A DNA stretch of 64,000 bases from an uncultured delta proteobacterium (lineage in GTDB: Bacteria > Myxococcota_A > Polyangia > Haliangiales > Haliangiaceae): assembly GCA_963848295.1 (NCBI GenBank), contig CAWKDB010000010.1:2368001-2432000 (forward strand). The letters are read 5' to 3'. The notes under the pieces are model-generated. The model did no database searches, was not told the origin of the DNA, and saw only the letters and a program-made list of their open reading frames with translations. This document shows, piece by piece, positions 28,433 to 38,181 of the stretch (positions within the stretch are counted from its first letter, which is position 1; each line of letters begins with the position of its first letter). The position numbers and the translations under genes are program-made.

Positions 28433-28666
28433 ATGGCATCGAAGCGCTGTCCGACGTGTGGCCTCGTCAATCCGGCAACGGCGGATCGCTGCGATTGCGG
28501 ATGGTCGTTCGCGCGCCAGGAGTTGGGCGAGCCGCCGCGGATCGCGAAGCCCGGGGCGGCAGGCACGGAGTTTCTCAGCAAGGTCGGCATGCGGCTCGCC
28601 GTACGTGTAACCCTCGTCAGCATCGCCTTCGCGATCGCGTTCGCGATCAGTCGCTGCAGTCACTGA
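28433..28666 (+). CDS. Small zinc-ribbon membrane protein
   Basis: CPTCG..RCDCGW plus C-terminal TM; TAGGGT-N6-ATG. Confidence 0.65.
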   Translation: MASKRCPTCGLVNPATADRCDCGWSFARQELGEPPRIAKPGAAGTEFLSKVGMRLAVRVTLVSIAFAIAFAISRCSH

Positions 28667-28671
28667 CCGCG

Positions 28672-29598
28672 TCACTCGTCGTCGTCGTCTTCGACTTCGA
28701 TCACGCGCTTGCGGCGGGCGCGCGCGCGCTCGTCGGCGGCTTGTTCCTTCGCTGCGAGCACGGCTTTCTTGGCTTCGCGCTTCTTCGTCACCCGCCAGGC
28801 GAGCACGATCGAGAGGTTGTAGAGCACGATCATCGGCGTCGCCATCATGATCTGCGACACCGCATCGGGCGAGGGCGTGAGGATCGCGCCGATGATGAAC
28901 GCGAGGACGATGAACCAGCGGTTGAACTTCCACAGCCCGCGATGGGTGACCAGCCCGATCATCGCGAGGAAATAGATCAGCAGCGGGAGCTCGAACACCG
29001 CGCCGAACGCGATCATCATGTCGCGCGTCAGGTCGAGGTAGTCCTGCATCATGATCTGAGGGTGGAGCTCCACCGTCGTGTACGAGATCAAGAACCCGTA
29101 CAGGTTCGGCAGCACGAAGTAGAAGCAGAACAGCGCTCCGCCGACGAAGAAGATCGCCGAGAACACCGCGAACGACGTCGCGACCTTGCGTTCGCGCTTG
29201 TACAGACCGGGAGCGATGAACTTCCAGATCTGATAGAACATGAACGGGCACGACAAGAAGATGCCGGCCCACATGCCGATCGACATCGTGACCCAGAACG
29301 GCTCGGTCAATCGTTGGTACGCGAGCGCGGGCGAGCCTTGCTTGACGAGCTCGGGGTTGGCGTACCAGACGTTGAACAGCGGTTGCTTCAGCCAGTCGAA
29401 GATGTAGTCGGCGAAGTACCAGCACACGACGAACGCGATGCCGAAGATGATCGCCGCGTTGCGCACGCGATCGCGCAGCTCGATGAGGTGCGCGAGAAAC
29501 GGCATCCGGCCCTTCTCGAGCTCGGCCTCCTTTTGCTTCTCGGCGGCGATTTCGCGATCGAGGTCGTCGTCGTCGTCAGCCGGCGCCTGCTTAGCCAT
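28672..29598 (-). CDS. tatC: Twin-arginine translocase subunit TatC
   Basis: MPFLAHLIELRDR, YQIWKFIAPGLYKRERK, FELP, AILTPSPD. Confidence 0.96.
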   Translation of the reverse strand: MAKQAPADDDDDLDREIAAEKQKEAELEKGRMPFLAHLIELRDRVRNAAIIFGIAFVVCWYFADYIFDWLKQPLFNVWYANPELVKQGSPALAYQRLTEPFWVTMSIGMWAGIFLSCPFMFYQIWKFIAPGLYKRERKVATSFAVFSAIFFVGGALFCFYFVLPNLYGFLISYTTVELHPQIMMQDYLDLTRDMMIAFGAVFELPLLIYFLAMIGLVTHRGLWKFNRWFIVLAFIIGAILTPSPDAVSQIMMATPMIVLYNLSIVLAWRVTKKREAKKAVLAAKEQAADERARARRKRVIEVEDDDDE

Positions 29599-30151
29599 GC
29601 TTCGGCTCGACTACGTCAGCGGGCTCGGCGGTCTTCGCGACGGTACCGGCGACCGGGCGCACCATCGCGGCGAGCTCTTCGTGGTCATCGGGCTCGGACG
29701 TATCGCCTTCGCCAGCGGTCGCCGGCAGCGTGATCGCAGGCTTGGCTTCGCCACCCGGTTCCGGCGCGACGTCTTCAGGTGCGGCGTCTGCTTCCGGTGC
29801 GACGACCGGCGGATCGGCGAGTGCGAGCTCGGTCTGCGCGGAGATCGGCGGCTTCTCGGCGGCAGCCGGCGCGGGGCCGTCGCCTTCGATCTTGTTCGCG
29901 AGCTGCGGCGCGACCTTCTTCTTCGGCCTGGGCGGAGCTTCCTCGCCGCGCAGCGCGCTCTTGATGTCGCGGATCGCGCCGCCGACCCGCTCGTCGTTCT
30001 CGATCTGCTCCTGAAGCACGCGCGTTTGCTTCCTGATGTCGCGAATGCCCTTGCTGATCGTCTTGGCAGCTTCAGGCAGTTTGTCGGGCCCCAGGAAAAG
30101 GAGCGCGACAACCAAGATCACGAGGATCTCGCTGCCTCCAATGCCGAACAC
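29591..30151 (-). CDS. tatB: Twin-arginine translocase subunit TatB (TatA/B family)
   Basis: (V)FGIGGSEILVILVVALLFLGPDKLPEAAKTI; GTG start preceded by TGcTATGCT-N6. Confidence 0.9.
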   Translation of the reverse strand: MFGIGGSEILVILVVALLFLGPDKLPEAAKTISKGIRDIRKQTRVLQEQIENDERVGGAIRDIKSALRGEEAPPRPKKKVAPQLANKIEGDGPAPAAAEKPPISAQTELALADPPVVAPEADAAPEDVAPEPGGEAKPAITLPATAGEGDTSEPDDHEELAAMVRPVAGTVAKTAEPADVVEPKHG

Positions 30152-30231
30152 CTTCGCAGCATAGCATTGTCGTCGGGGGAAGCGGGTCTTCTCGCCGCGC
30201 TGTCTCGCGCGCAATCGGCGTGAATTACACC

Positions 30232-32392
30232 TTAAAACTCGCGCGTGGCGCGTCCGAAGTCATTCGGTACGGCGCTGGGCTGGCCGGCGACGTCGGTCGG
30301 CGCCGTGCCCTTGCGAAACCACAAGTCGAGACCGCCGGTGTGTGGCGCGGCGAGCAGGCCGGTCTCGCGATCGATCGTCGCGCGTTCGAGCCCGGGCGGC
30401 GGTGGCCCGAGCACCGGAACCTTGGGGCGATCGGCCTCGGCGGCGCGGATCGCGGTGAGCCACAGCGGCAGCGCCGCGTGCGCGCCTTCGCCTTCGCTCG
30501 CCGAGCTTCAGCTTCGGATCGTCGAAGCCGATCCACACCGCCGCGAGCGTTCGGCCGGTGAAGCCGATGAACCAGGCATCGGTGTTGTCGTTCGTCGTGC
30601 CGGTCTTGCCGGCGGCGGGGCGACCGAGCGTCGCGCCGGCCGCGGCGGCGGTGCCGCGCTCGACGACCGCGGACATCATGTCGACGAGTTGATACGCGGT
30701 GCGCGGATCGAGCCGCTGGCCGCCGTCGGCGCCGATCCGCTCGTCGGGCTCGCTGCCGGCGAGCGCGGCGAACCGATCGTAGCGCCGCGCCGGATCGATC
30801 CACGGATCCTCGGGCACCGCGCGATCGACGATCAACGCATCGCCCCGGCGCAGCCGGGTGACGAACCGCGGCGCGATCGCCCAGCCGTGCCGCGCGATCG
30901 TCGCGTACGCCCCTGCGAGCTCGATCGGCTTGACGCACGACGCGCCGAGCGCCATCGGACGCAAGTCGGTGAGCGCGGTCGTGATCCCGAGCCGGCGAGC
31001 GAGCGCGATGATCGGCGCGGCGCCGACGCGATCGAACACGTCGATCGCCGGCGCGTTGAGCGATGCGGCGAACGCATCGACGGCGAGCACGACGCCGCGG
31101 AACTTGCCGCTCGAGTGCGGCTTCCACGACGTGTTCGTCGCTTCGTCGTACTCGGTGACCGGAGCGTCGCGCAGCGCGGTGCCAGGCGTGATCGCACCCG
31201 CATCGAGTGCCGCGCCGTACACGATCGGCTTCCACGCCGAGCCGGGCTGGCGACATGCCTGCGTCACGCGATCGAACTTGTCGCCACCATGGCCCCACAC
31301 GAGCCCGCCGACGATCGCCTCGATGTAGCCGGTGTGGTGGTCCCACACGAGCAGACCGAGCTGAGGCAGCGTGTCGCCGTGGCGCCACTCCAGCGCGTGC
31401 ACCCGCGCCGCGTGAGCGAGCTGGCCGCCGAGCGCCGGCAGCGCCGCGGTCTCGATCGTGAGACCGCCGCGCGCGAGCTCCTCGGGCTTCTCGCGTGCGA
31501 CGAGCTGGCGCACGTACTCGGTGTACCAGGGCGTGATCGTGCCGTAGCTGCGATGGGGATGATGCAGCTCGATCGGAGCCGCGCTCGCGGTCGCGCGTTG
31601 CGCCTCGGTGATCAGACCTGCCCGTGCCATGCGGGCGAGGATCTCGTCGCGGCGAGCACGCGCGGCGTCGAGGTGATGAAATGGATCGAGCCGACCGGGC
31701 GCTTGGATCAAGCCCGCGAGCATCGCCGCTTCGGGCAGGTCGAGCTGCGCGAGCTCGCGATCGAAGTACGCGTGCGCGCCGGCGGCTATGCCGTACGCGC
31801 CCTCACCGAGGAACACGAAGTCGAGATAGGTCTCGAGCACATCGCGCTTGCTCCACTTGCGCTCGATCGCGCGCGCGAGCAACGCCTCTCGCACCTTGCG
31901 CCGAGCGGTGCGCGCGCTGCCGATCTCCGCCGGCAGCAAGTTGCGCGCGACTTGCTGGGTGATCGTCGACGCGCCCTCGACGACCCGGCCGGCGCGGTAG
32001 TTGATCCACGCGGCGCGCGCGATCGCCTGGTAGTCGACGCCGTGGTGCGCGAAGAACCGGACGTCCTCGGCGGCGAGCACCGCGGCGATCAGATCGCGCG
32101 GCACGTCGTCGAGCGGCACGAGCGTGCGATGGCCGATCACCGCGCCGTCGTGGAACGGCAGCTCCGCGAGGTGCGAGCCGTCGGCGGCGAGCACGAGCGT
32201 CGTCTGCGGCGCCTCGGCACGCCACACCGCGAGATCCGGCACCTCCGGTAGGTCGCGCGCCCACCGCCGCAGGGTCGTCGCGACGACGAGCAAGCCGACG
32301 ATCGGCACCGCGATCGCGAGCCAGATCACGGCGAGCACCGGCAGCCGCCACCACCAACCGCCGTCGCGGCGATTGGCGATCCGAACCTTCAC
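30232..32392 (-). CDS. Class A penicillin-binding protein (PBP1A family), frameshift near 30500
   Basis: TG motifs AEDVRFFAHHGVD, GASTITQQVARN, RKVRE; TP motifs RQPGSAWKP, SLN, GKTGTTND..DAWFIG; C-terminus GAHAALPLW continues in another frame to 30232. Confidence 0.92.
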
Positions 32393-33342
32393 GACGCCTC
32401 GAACAACGCCATCTGGCGCGGCGGGCCGAGCAAGCGCGCGCGACTGCCGACCGCAGCGACGATCGCCTCGGCACCGGCGCCGGTGACGTACACCTGCTTC
32501 GCGCGCGTGCTCGCGATCCACCCGAGCAGCTCGTCGCGGCCCGCCGAGAACGTCCACGCGAACGCCGCCGCGAAACCGCGCGAGCCGGCGAGCGCGCGGC
32601 CCGACACCAATGCGGTCACTGCATGCTCCGGCAGCTGGATCCGCTCGGCCGCGAGTTGGATCACCGCGGACCGGGCCCGACCGATCGGGGCGAGCTCGGG
32701 CACCGCGACGAGCTTGCGCGCGCGCGTCGCGGCGGCGACGGTCGCGCGCGACGCAGTGATCGCGATGTCCGCGGCCGCGAACCAACCGGCGAGCTCGAGT
32801 GCGTCGATCACATGGTCGACGACGAGCACCGGGCGCTTGCCGGCCGCGAGCTGGGCGCGCGCCCACGCGACGACCGCGCCTTCGACCGGCGCGAACCGCT
32901 GGACATCGCCGTACGGCGCGGCCACGACGACGACATCCGCCGCCCGAACATCCGCGTTCGCGCCGATCTCGCCGGCGTAGAGCACGGTGTGCGGTCCGGT
33001 GTCGACGGACAGCGCCGCGGCGCCGAGGCCTCGCCCCGACGGAATGAGCTCGAGCCGTAGCGTGCCGAGCGTGAATCGCTTGTTGAGCGGCGCCGACAGG
33101 TCGCCGCCCGCACCTCTGGCCGTCGCGATCCCGAGCAGCGCGAGCGTCGTCGGGGTCGCGATCAGCTGGCCGTGGCCGGTCCGGCCGACCCGATCGGCCG
33201 ACGAGGCAAAGCAGGCGTCTCGGCGGCGCCGGGCGTCACACCAGATCGGCGTGCCGGTAAGGTGCACGCCGTCGCGCCACGTCACCGCCGGGATCGCGGC
33301 CGCGCGCGCTCGTGCAGCGGCAGACGCACGCGGCGGAGGCAC
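32389..33342 (-). CDS. MBL/beta-CASP-like fold protein lacking metal ligands
   Basis: Resembles ligase-associated exonuclease scaffold (IATPTTLALL, LELIPSGRGLGAA, VLYAGE, AKQVYVT), but HxHxDH reads SSADRV. Confidence 0.6.
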   Translation of the reverse strand: MPPPRASAAARARAAAIPAVTWRDGVHLTGTPIWCDARRRRDACFASSADRVGRTGHGQLIATPTTLALLGIATARGAGGDLSAPLNKRFTLGTLRLELIPSGRGLGAAALSVDTGPHTVLYAGEIGANADVRAADVVVVAAPYGDVQRFAPVEGAVVAWARAQLAAGKRPVLVVDHVIDALELAGWFAAADIAITASRATVAAATRARKLVAVPELAPIGRARSAVIQLAAERIQLPEHAVTALVSGRALAGSRGFAAAFAWTFSAGRDELLGWIASTRAKQVYVTGAGAEAIVAAVGSRARLLGPPRQMALFEAS

Positions 33343-33422
33343 GCCTTCACGGTGGCACCCAGAAGCAGGTCTGGCAAGATTTCGAGCCCTTAGCCCTCTG
33401 GCCTCGTCGACGGTGGAGAGCG

Positions 33423-34055
33423 CTATTCGACCGTGGGCGGCGGCAGCCCGCCGGCTCGCAGCTGCTCTTCGAGCTCTTTCATGACCTCGAGCAGCTGCTC
33501 GCGTTGCGCGTCGTCGAGGTCGAACACGATGCCCATGCCGGGCGGCTCCTCGTCCGCGGCCAGGATCGTGTGCGAGACCTTGCCGACCAGCGACAGCGGC
33601 TGGGCCTTGCCCGGCACGGTGACCAGCATGTGGACCTGGGAGGTCTCGGGCAGCGGCTTGTCGGTGAACAAGAACACGCCTTCTTCGTTGATGTCCTTGG
33701 TGAACGTGTTCGCGGGCCCTTCGACGGCGCCGTACGTCACCGACAGCTTGATCGGCAGCCGGCGCTTCTCGCGCAGGTTGAGCAGCCCGCCGCGGATGAA
33801 CCCGTTGAGGTAGTTGATCTTGTCACGCTCGGTTCCGCCGAGGGCCACGACCATCCCCGACGGGTCCTGGCGATGGCCGACCACGGTCCCTCGCAAGGTC
33901 ACGAGCCAGCCACCCACGTCGAGGTCGATGCGCAGGTTCTCCCCATTCGGGAGCGGATCCTCAGCGGGCACGAACACGGTCCAATCGCGCGGATCGAAGA
34001 TCTTGATCCATTCGGAGTGGTTGTTCAGCCGTAGCTCGAGCCTGACCGGTCCCAC
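33423..34055 (-). CDS. PilZ domain protein (myxobacterial type)
   Basis: REKRRLP (RxxxR) and DINEEGVF (D/NxS/xxG); PPGMGIVF; degenerate N-terminal PilZ-like half. Confidence 0.85.
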   Translation of the reverse strand: MGPVRLELRLNNHSEWIKIFDPRDWTVFVPAEDPLPNGENLRIDLDVGGWLVTLRGTVVGHRQDPSGMVVALGGTERDKINYLNGFIRGGLLNLREKRRLPIKLSVTYGAVEGPANTFTKDINEEGVFLFTDKPLPETSQVHMLVTVPGKAQPLSLVGKVSHTILAADEEPPGMGIVFDLDDAQREQLLEVMKELEEQLRAGGLPPPTVE

Positions 34056-34104
34056 GCCCTCATCGTAAACCAGGTGGGCCCGTTCCGGGGGTCCGGTGAA
34101 CGGG

Positions 34105-34134
34105 AGCCGATCGATCGATCCGCCTCGGGGCTAC
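34105..34134 (-). repeat. Partial copy of the GTAG REP-like element
   Basis: gtagccccgaggcggatcgatcgatcggct versus gtagccccgaggccaatcgaacgatcggct at 2466. Confidence 0.6.
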
Positions 34135-35372
34135 TGAATGGCGACGCGCAGCGCGACCGGCTTCCCGGCGCGAACGACCTGGATCGCGAAGCCGTGGGCG
34201 GCGCCGGCGCGGGCGTAGAGACTCGCGGCGTCGTCGATCGTTCGCAGCGCGTGGCCGTCGACCGATGCGATCACGTCGCCGGCGCGCAGGCCCGCTTTCG
34301 CGAACAGCGAGGTCGGCGCGACCGAGTCGATCCGAACACCCGCCGGGGTGAACTCGCCGTGAAAGGCAGCGGCGAGCGTGGCGAAGTTGCCGAGCGCGGC
34401 CGTGACGTCGGTCTTGAGGAGCACGAGCGGAACGTCCGGAGCCGCTGCTACTGCCGGGGCCGTGACCGCAACCGTGACCGCAACCGGAGCCGTGACCGCA
34501 ACCGGGGCTGCGACCGCAACCGGGGCTGCGACCGCAACCGCTGCCGGGGCTGCGACCGCAACCGGGGCTGCGACCGCTGCCGGGGCCGCGACCGCAACCG
34601 CGACGGCCGCGACCGCTGCCGGGGCCGCGACCGCTGCCGGGGCCGCGACCGCAACCGGGGCCGCCGCCGGGCCCGGGACCGCTGCCGGGGCCGCGACCGC
34701 TGCCGGGGCCGCGACCGCTGCCGGGGCCGCGACCGCTGCCGGGGCCGCAACCGCAACCGGGGCCGCAACCGCCGCCGGGGCCGCGACCGCCGCCGGGGCG
34801 GCAACCGCGACCGCCGCCGGGGCCGCGACCGCCGCCGGGTCCGCGACCGCCGCCGCACCCGGTGCCTCCGCGACGCGCATGCCGTTCTCGCCCGCGGCGA
34901 TCGGGGCGGGCGCTTCGGCTGAACGAACGGCGCCCTCGCCGTAGGGATCAATAGGTTGCGCGTACGGATCGACGGGCTGCGCGCCGGTCGAATCAGCTCT
35001 TGCCGCCTTCGTCGGCCGCGCCGGTGCCGCCTCGTCGCCGTAACCGCGCGTCCGCCAGCGCTCGGGCGTCGAGAGCACCATCTGAACGCCGCCCTCGCCC
35101 GATAGGGTCACCGCATCGTCGTCGATCGCGGTCACGCGGAGGCCGTCGACCGCAGAGCCGACCTCGACCAGGACGTGGGTGTTGTGGTTGCGGTCGAACA
35201 GCAGGGCCTGGTTGGTATCTGCCATGATCCGAACGACGCGAAGCGGCGCGTGCGGCGCACGTACCTCCGGCTTGGCCTCGACGGGCGCATCCGCGGGCTT
35301 CGCATCGTCGGCACGGGCGACGCCAACACCGCCGACTAGGGCGACAAACAGTAGGGTGGGGAGCAGCCGCAT
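34131..35372 (-). CDS. Secreted PDZ-domain protein with long Ala/Val/Pro repeat linker (GspC-like architecture)
   Basis: Signal peptide (VARA/DD); GspC-HR-like N domain (ALLFD..VEVGSAVDGLRVTAIDDDAVTL); C-terminal PDZ GVRIDSV..AKAGLRAGDVIASVDG. Confidence 0.75.
   Translation of the reverse strand: MRLLPTLLFVALVGGVGVARADDAKPADAPVEAKPEVRAPHAPLRVVRIMADTNQALLFDRNHNTHVLVEVGSAVDGLRVTAIDDDAVTLSGEGGVQMVLSTPERWRTRGYGDEAAPARPTKAARADSTGAQPVDPYAQPIDPYGEGAVRSAEAPAPIAAGENGMRVAEAPGAAAVADPAAVAAPAAVAVAAPAAVAAPAAVAAPVAVAAPAAVAAPAAVAAPAAVAAPAAVPGPAAAPVAVAAPAAVAAPAAVAAVAVAVAAPAAVAAPVAVAAPAAVAVAAPVAVAAPVAVTAPVAVTVAVTAPAVAAAPDVPLVLLKTDVTAALGNFATLAAAFHGEFTPAGVRIDSVAPTSLFAKAGLRAGDVIASVDGHALRTIDDAASLYARAGAAHGFAIQVVRAGKPVALRVAIQ
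34441..34860. repeat. Degenerate 18/24-bp coding tandem repeat (AAPAAV / AAPVAV)
   Basis: Recurrent gccggggccgcgaccgct / ggggctgcgaccgcaacc units over ~420 bp. Confidence 0.9.
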
Positions 35373-35500
35373 TGCACGCGAACGTGCAAACGCCGATCCG
35401 GTCGGTTCGTCGACAAAGCCTCGAAACCACGCTGTCGGTTTCCGCCTCTGTATTCGCCGCTTCACACCGCGGCGCCGACGCTGTCGCGTCTCGGCCCGGC

Positions 35501-35537
35501 CCCGCAAGCGAGGGCCCCTCGGTCGGCCTCGGGGCTC
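35501..35537 (-). repeat. Internally deleted copy of the REP-like element
   Basis: agccccgaggcc joined almost directly to ccgaggggccctcgcttgcggg, immediately after the pspA stop. Confidence 0.55.
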
Positions 35538-36393
35538 AGGCCTTCTTGGCGTCTTTCTCGATCTCGGAAAGGTCGAGGTCTTCGAGCTCTTTCATATCCT
35601 CGGCGGTCAGCGACGGTCCGGTCGGCCCGGTGGCGTCCTTGGCCTCGGGCTTGTCATCCTTCGCCCCGACCCCGCCGGACGACAGCTGCTTCGCGCTGTC
35701 GCCTTTCGGGGCCTCGAGCAGGCCCATCTTGGCCTTCAGGTCGTTGAGCGCTTCGTCCTCGGCACCGCCGGGTCCGGCCTCGAGCGCCATGAACTTCGAC
35801 TCGAGCGTATCGCCCGACAGCTCGCCCGCGAGCTCGGCGCCAGCCTCGGCTTCGGCCTCCATCAGCTGGATGCGCTCGGCCATGCGGTCGAACGTGTCGA
35901 ACGCGCTGGTGTCGCCGAGGCCCTGCATCGTGTTCGCGATCTGCTGCTGCGCCTCCGCCCGCTTCTTGCGCGCGATCAGGATGTTCTTCTTGCGCTTCGC
36001 TTCCTCGATCTTGTTGTTCAGCAGGCGCAGGGCGTCTTTGAGCTTCTCGACCGCTTGCTTCTGCGAGATCCACTGTTGTTGGAACTGGGTGGCGATCGTC
36101 TCGTGCTCTTGCTTGCGCGAGAGCGCCTGACGCGCGAGGTTGTCGTCACCTGCGCGCACCGCAACCATCGCCTTACGCTCCCACTCCTTCGACTTGTCGG
36201 TCTCGGAGACGTACTGCTTTTGCAGCTTCTTCTCGTCGGCGATCGCGATCGCGACGGCCTTCTTCGCCTCGACCAGCTGCTGCTGCATCTCGAGCAGCAC
36301 TTGCCCGAGCATTTTCTCCGGATCCTCGGCCTTCGTGATGAGGTCGTTGATGTTCGACTTGATCAGCGTGCCCAGTCTGGAAAAGATACCCAT
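35536..36393 (-). CDS. pspA: PspA/IM30 family protein
   Basis: MGIFSRLGTLIKSNINDLITKAEDPEKML..WERKAMVAVRAGDDNLARQAL..FDRMAERI. Confidence 0.93.
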   Translation of the reverse strand: MGIFSRLGTLIKSNINDLITKAEDPEKMLGQVLLEMQQQLVEAKKAVAIAIADEKKLQKQYVSETDKSKEWERKAMVAVRAGDDNLARQALSRKQEHETIATQFQQQWISQKQAVEKLKDALRLLNNKIEEAKRKKNILIARKKRAEAQQQIANTMQGLGDTSAFDTFDRMAERIQLMEAEAEAGAELAGELSGDTLESKFMALEAGPGGAEDEALNDLKAKMGLLEAPKGDSAKQLSSGGVGAKDDKPEAKDATGPTGPSLTAEDMKELEDLDLSEIEKDAKKA

Positions 36394-36435
36394 GGCTTTG
36401 TCCGAGCGTACGAGATCAACGAGGCAGCCGCAACG

Positions 36436-37179
36436 ATGACTCCCCGCAGTCTTCCTCGCCACGTCGGCATCATCATGGACGGCAACGGCCGCTGGGCGCA
36501 GCTCCGCGGTCAGCCTCGACTCGAAGGCCATCGCGCCGGCGCGGAGAGCGTTCGCGACATCACGCGTGCCTCGCGCGAGCTCGGGCTCGAAGCGCTGACG
36601 CTGTACGCGTTTTCGTCGCAGAACTGGGCGCGACCCGCCTCCGAGGTCGCCGGCCTGATGCAGCTGCTGCACGACTTCCTGATCGACGAGCGCGCCGAGA
36701 TCCTCGACAACGGCATCCGGCTCGAAGCGCTCGGCGACATCGAGCGCTTGCCGCCGCTCGTGCGCGAGCCGCTCGACGAGCTGCGCGCCGCGTCGAAGCA
36801 TCACACGACGATGGTGCTCACGCTCGCGCTGTCGTACGGCGGGCGCGAGTCGATCGCGCGCGCGGCGCGCGCCGCTGCGGAGGATGTCGCCGCGGGCCGG
36901 CTCACCGCCGAGGCGCTCGATTGCACCACGCTCGGCGCGTATCTGCCGACCGCGCACCTGCCGGCGCTCGATCTGCTGATCCGCACGTCCGGCGAGCGGC
37001 GGATCTCGAACTTCATGCTGTGGGAGCTCGCGTACGCCGAGCTCGTGTTCGTCGACGTGCTGTGGCCGGAGTTTCGCCGCGAGCATCTGCGCAAGTGTCT
37101 CGACGAGTACGCGGCGCGCGAACGCCGCTACGGCCTGACGTCCGCGCAGCTCGCCAATCCGTCGGACGTCGAGAGCTGA
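36436..37179 (+). CDS. uppS: Undecaprenyl diphosphate synthase
   Basis: HVGIIMDGNGRWA, YAFSSQNW, LSYGGR, DLLIRTSGERRISNFMLW, RERRYG. Confidence 0.96.
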   Translation: MTPRSLPRHVGIIMDGNGRWAQLRGQPRLEGHRAGAESVRDITRASRELGLEALTLYAFSSQNWARPASEVAGLMQLLHDFLIDERAEILDNGIRLEALGDIERLPPLVREPLDELRAASKHHTTMVLTLALSYGGRESIARAARAAAEDVAAGRLTAEALDCTTLGAYLPTAHLPALDLLIRTSGERRISNFMLWELAYAELVFVDVLWPEFRREHLRKCLDEYAARERRYGLTSAQLANPSDVES

Positions 37180-37238
37180 ACGGCAATCGTCGCCGGGCGT
37201 TGCGTCTCGTGCCGTGCTCTGGTTAGCTGGGCGACGCC

Positions 37239-38099
37239 TTGGCCCTCGGTAATCTCGCGCAACGATTCCTGGTCGCGGTCGTCGCGGTCCCGATCCTGCT
37301 CGTCGTGCTGCACTACCACCGCGCCGAGCCGACCTGGGCGCTGATCTTCGCGGCCTCGCTGCTCGCGATGCGCGAGTTCTTCGCGATGACGTTGCCCGCC
37401 GAGGATCGCAAGCCGGCGCTCGCGCTCGGCGCGATCGCGTGCGCCGCGTTCTATTGGCTCGATCCACTCGCGCTCCAGGCGTACTCCGGGCTGCCGCACG
37501 CGCTCGAGCGCGTCTCGTTCGTCGGCGGCTCGCTCGCCGCGGCGCTCGCCGTGGTCGTGCCCGCGCTGTACTTCCTGTTCCGGTTCCGCGACATCCCGAG
37601 CGTCGCCGGTCGGATCAGCGCGACGATCACCGGCATCGTCTACGCCGGGTTCTTGCTGACGTACCTCGCGAAGCTCAAGCTCGTCGATCCGCGCCACGAC
37701 GCCGACACCGTCGTGCTCGTCTTGCTCGTCGCGTGGATCGCCGACACCGGCGGTTACTTCGCCGGCCGCTTCCTCGGCAAAGCGAAGCTGTACGAAGCGG
37801 TCAGCCCGAAGAAGACGTGGGCCGGCGCGTGGGGCGGCATCGCCGGCTCGATCCTCGGCGTCGCGGTGTTGAAGCTCGTGCACGCCGAGTGGCTGACCTG
37901 GGTCGACGTGCTCGCGATCGCGATCCCGGGCGGCATCCTCGGCCAGCTCGGCGATCTCGCCGAGTCGCTGATCAAGCGCTCGGTCGGCGTCAAAGACTCG
38001 GGCGCGCTGTTGCCCGGTCACGGCGGCATGCTCGACCGGATCGACGCGGTGCTGTTCATCGCGCCGTACGTCTACGGCTACTTGATCATCCGGGGATGA
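37239..38099 (+). CDS. cdsA: Phosphatidate cytidylyltransferase
   Basis: DTGGYFAGR..SPKKTW; GDLAESLIKRSVGVKDSG.LLPGHGGMLDRID. Confidence 0.96.
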   Translation: MALGNLAQRFLVAVVAVPILLVVLHYHRAEPTWALIFAASLLAMREFFAMTLPAEDRKPALALGAIACAAFYWLDPLALQAYSGLPHALERVSFVGGSLAAALAVVVPALYFLFRFRDIPSVAGRISATITGIVYAGFLLTYLAKLKLVDPRHDADTVVLVLLVAWIADTGGYFAGRFLGKAKLYEAVSPKKTWAGAWGGIAGSILGVAVLKLVHAEWLTWVDVLAIAIPGGILGQLGDLAESLIKRSVGVKDSGALLPGHGGMLDRIDAVLFIAPYVYGYLIIRG

Positions 38100-38181
38100 C
38101 GCTCGCGCTCGTGCGCCGGAACGATTCGGCGCGATCTGCGTTCACTGAAATATCGAGCCGAGGTCGTGCGTTCGTCCGCGC

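Noticed and set aside
34441..34860. Tandem repeats as a possible CRISPR array (also 45667-45809, 26257-26316)
   Set aside because: Periods are multiples of 3 within coding frames, there are no unique spacers, and no cas genes.
35385..35400. Sigma54 promoter (GG-N10-GC) upstream of the PDZ gene; similar candidates near 14800 and pspA
   Set aside because: Poor -24 element or wrong spacing; expected by chance in GC-rich DNA.
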